A stretch of DNA of 30,082 nt from NCBI GenBank assembly GCA_048213135.1, contig PS015015.1, positions 220,925 through 251,006 of the forward strand, in the 5' to 3' direction. The position numbers were made by a program, and so were the translations under genes. Under the pieces are notes generated by a model. The model made no database searches and was not told where the DNA came from. It was given only the letters and a program-made list of their open reading frames with translations. Numbering within the stretch: the first letter of the stretch is position 1; the number at the start of each line of letters is the position of its first letter. Positions 27,301 to 30,082 of this stretch are shown here, piece by piece. Source of the stretch: Reclinomonas americana ATCC 50394 (taxonomy: Eukaryota).

Positions 27301-28400
27301 CCGACTTCATCTGCTCACGTACTCTGCAGCACGTACGTGAACAGTCAGTGTGAAATCGTACGTACTCGCACAACATCAAGTCGGGTGCACACAACTCTCG
27401 TTTGATCTGCGTGATGGTCATCTGCAGTTCCTTCTCGTACTGTTGCTGGAGATTCTTCTTGCGTGCGCTCACGTCATTGACATGCGTACGCAGGGCTGTC
27501 AGCTTGTCGCGAGGTGGAACAAGACCCAAGAACACCAGGTCGTCCTGCTGGAACTGGCGAGCGGCCTTGCGAGCTCGGTGCATGCGCCATCTGCCGCACA
27601 GCGAGTACGGTGAGAACGAGCTGGGAGCGCCTCGCTCCTGCCTACCGCATACATGACGCACACTGACTGAATCTTGGTGGCCGCTGCATCAATGTCGACA
27701 TCGAAACGACCGGCAGTGAACGAGTGATGACTCTGCCCGGCATCCTCCTCGGTGATGCGTCGAATGATGCGCGCACGCTGACGACCCTGGCGTCCACGCT
27801 CATTCCGTTGCAAAATGAGTACCGCCTCCTGCACAGAAATCGCGCGCTCGGTGTACACGTCGCGCAGCTGGAACCCGTCCGTCGGCATCGCCTGCGTCAG
27901 CGGACCCGAATACTGTGCGGCCACGGCATCGAGCCACGCGCGCTTTTCAGAGTACACATTGCGCCCCTCACGGAAGTACCGCGGAACGGGCAGGTGCAGT
28001 GCAATAGGATCGACTTGCAAGTCCACCAGATGATCGTCGAAATTGATGTAGGCGCCCTTGTGCTCCACCAGACTCTGCATCCCGAGCAAACCCTCATCAG
28101 TCACACCGCTGCGTTCCCCCCAACCTTTCAGTGACACACGCACGTCTTTGAGTTCCACTGTGCGATACATCACCGCCTCGAGCAGGCGCCGCACAAAGGC
28201 GCGCTTCTGTGGTTGCATGATCTGTGCGAGGCCGAGATATAAGCATTGTGGCAGTTCTCTCTCCCTCTCTCCCTTACACACACCTCATCATGGGCGCGCT
28301 CCAGTCGTCGCAAGAGGCCAATGTAGACCAAGTACTGACGCTCGCGCAGTGGCAGCTGCACCTTGGGATCGGGATTCTGCCGCACCGCACCCATGATCAG

Positions 28401-28461
<61 letters not shown>

Positions 28462-28597
28462 CTCTCTCTCTCTCTCTCTCTNNNNNNNNNNNNNNNNNNN
28501 NGGTACGGGACGGTACGGTCGACCTACCGTACGTACGGACGGGTACGGTTACGTTAGGTCCGTACCGCCGACCCGAACCCAACCGACGTACTACGTC

Positions 28598-28659
<62 letters not shown>

Positions 28660-28882
28660 CTCTCTCTCTCTCTCTCTCTCCCTCTCCCTCTTTCTCTCTC
28701 TCTCTCCGCCACACACCGCATACAGTGCCGCGACCTCGGGCACCGCCGGCTGACTGCCCAACTCCCAGATGGCCCGACGAAGTTCTTCCTCCGCAGATCT
28801 GTGCGTGTCAGTTGAGTTCCACACACACACACACACTACACCATCTGCGTGCGCAGGCAGGCCAACGCAACGCGCTCGACAT
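24347..28882 (-). CDS. IQCA1: IQ and AAA domain-containing protein 1 (dynein regulatory complex subunit DRC11), about 22 introns; stop codon in gap
   Basis: YIGLLRRLERAHDE|IMQPQKRAFVRRLLEAVMYRTVELK, FDDHLVDL...LPVPRYF, ILQRNERGRQG, IQ motif AATKIQ, GKK repeats, EPSLAQVRQL...YPLG, Walker A GPSGSGKT, FFDFSP. Confidence 0.9.
26815..26925 (-). repeat. Coding tandem repeat (GGC/AAG/AAG-type) encoding KKGKKG
   Basis: GGKKGKKGGKGKKGKKGKGEKGKKGKKGKKGKGKKDKGG inside IQCA1. Similar shorter tracts near 25320 and 26200. Confidence 0.85.
28401..28707. repeat. (CA)n-(TC)n compound microsatellite in an IQCA1 intron, present on both sides of an N gap
   Basis: Directly visible. Similar CA/TC tracts at 2648-2690, 10266-10325, 14810-14840, 15850-15910 and 16150-16215. 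Confidence 0.85.
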
Positions 28883-28998
28883 GAGGACAACACTCACTCG
28901 TGTGTCAACGGCACGACACCCCGTCCATCACCGCATGTCATCACGGCCCATCATTCTCATAACAAATCGATTTTTTATTACAGGCGGAAATTGGTGTG

Positions 28999-30082
28999 TC
29001 ATCTCTCCGTCAGCTCGATCTCGGCGCCACGCGCCCACGGTGGTCGGGGCATGACGGACGAGTGCGAGCGCGGAGTTTGCAGCTCGACTTCCCGCGCACC
29101 ACCGTGCACCGAGGACGGAGTGGTCGTGAGTACGCCGTGGCCGGCAGCTGCCGCAGCAGAAGAAGACGGCCCCGCCGGCATCTCCATGTCGTTGAGGAAC
29201 GGAGTGGCGATGCTGGATTTGGAGGCGCCCATGCGCGAGCGTTGTCGACTGCTACGAACGCGCCTGATAAAAGCACGCGACTGGCGAATGATGTTGCGGA
29301 TAACTCGCCACACAATCGGCACAGTCAGCAGCACAAAACCGATAAAGAACACCACCAGCCCTGTCGTTCGTCGCAAAGGTGAGAGGCAGTGGGGCATGAG
29401 CACATGCAATACCCACACGCAACTGGTCACACGAACAGCATTGGAGGTCTGGTCGACTTCGGTGGAGCCGGCGGCGGAGCCCACCAGACCCGACAGCAAC
29501 ACGAGGGTGGAGAGCGAAATGGTCTCCAGCACGTTGTCTTTCAGCAGCATGTACGGTCGCAACAGCACTTGCACGCCCAGGAACAGGAACTGAACGCCAC
29601 ATCACCGTCGCCGTGTAAGTGAGAGGCGAAACGACGAAACGAAGAAAAGACAACACACAGGCACGCACCGACAGGAGCCGCAATGCAAAATGCAAGGGGA
29701 ACAGGTCCTCCTGGCGTGCAAGAAGCACAAAGGCCAGCACGAGCACCACACGACGTGCCAACTGCACCGATTCGTACCAGAACAGCTGCGGGCGGAAGAC
29801 GGAGATCAGGCCGCCCAGGCGCCACTGCGCGGCCTCACGCGGATCGCGAGCCATCGAGAACGAGCTGGCTGTGGAGAGCGCCACGGAATGCTGACTTCCG
29901 CGATTGCTCCGCATCACGGGCTCTACGGCAATGCCGATTGCGGACTCTGCAGCGGCACTTAGGGGCGACGCTGCACCCTTGTTGACACGCTCGCCGAGGT
30001 GATCGTCAATGTCTGCCCGAGCGGCAGCCATCATGTCATCCTTGTTGCCGCTGCGCAATTTTTCGTCACGTTCCTCCTCGTT
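28999..30082 (-). CDS. Multi-pass membrane protein, C-terminal TRP-like region typical of large protist surface proteins; 5'-truncated
   Basis: RLGGLISVFRPQLFWYESVQLARRVVLV...VQVLLRPYMLLKDNVLETISL, followed by further TM helices. Two introns; stop at 28999-29001. Confidence 0.7.

Noticed and set aside
28401-28707. Apparent tandem duplication of a (CA)n(TC)n block with a GTACG-rich spacer
   Set aside because: Most likely the same microsatellite read from both contig ends with noisy tails, that is an assembly artefact.

Overview
Eukaryotic nuclear DNA from a gene-dense, intron-rich, GC-rich, probably flagellated protist. It uses the standard code (TAA, TAG and TGA all act as stops). Introns are GT-AG, mostly 55-95 nt, and intergenic gaps are often under 120 bp. 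About 15 spliced genes can be reconstructed by hand, in order: C2CD5-like (3' part), histidine acid phosphatase, a small Spo12-motif protein, high-Mr thioredoxin reductase, an orphan secreted protein, first exon of an SDR/3-beta-HSD-like gene, JKAMP, a membrane-anchored LYPLA-like thioesterase, GPN2, GPC1/GPCAT, a secreted Kelch/coiled-coil protein, a divergent HAP2/GCS1-like fusexin, an acylated RhoGAP-like protein, IQCA1/DRC11, and the 3' part of a TRP-like membrane protein. Three things stand out. (1) At least 22 introns start with an atypical GTTGCG(T/C) donor, a one-nucleotide-shifted copy of GTGCGT that almost never has an exonic -1 G. (2) The HAP2-like fusexin seems to have lost the fusion-loop region and gained a Cys-rich stalk. 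(3) The thioredoxin reductase ends in an unusual CxxC tail (GGCPSCV). Several N gaps and pyrosequencing-like noise limit some models. All family assignments are by eye from motifs; no database searches were run.
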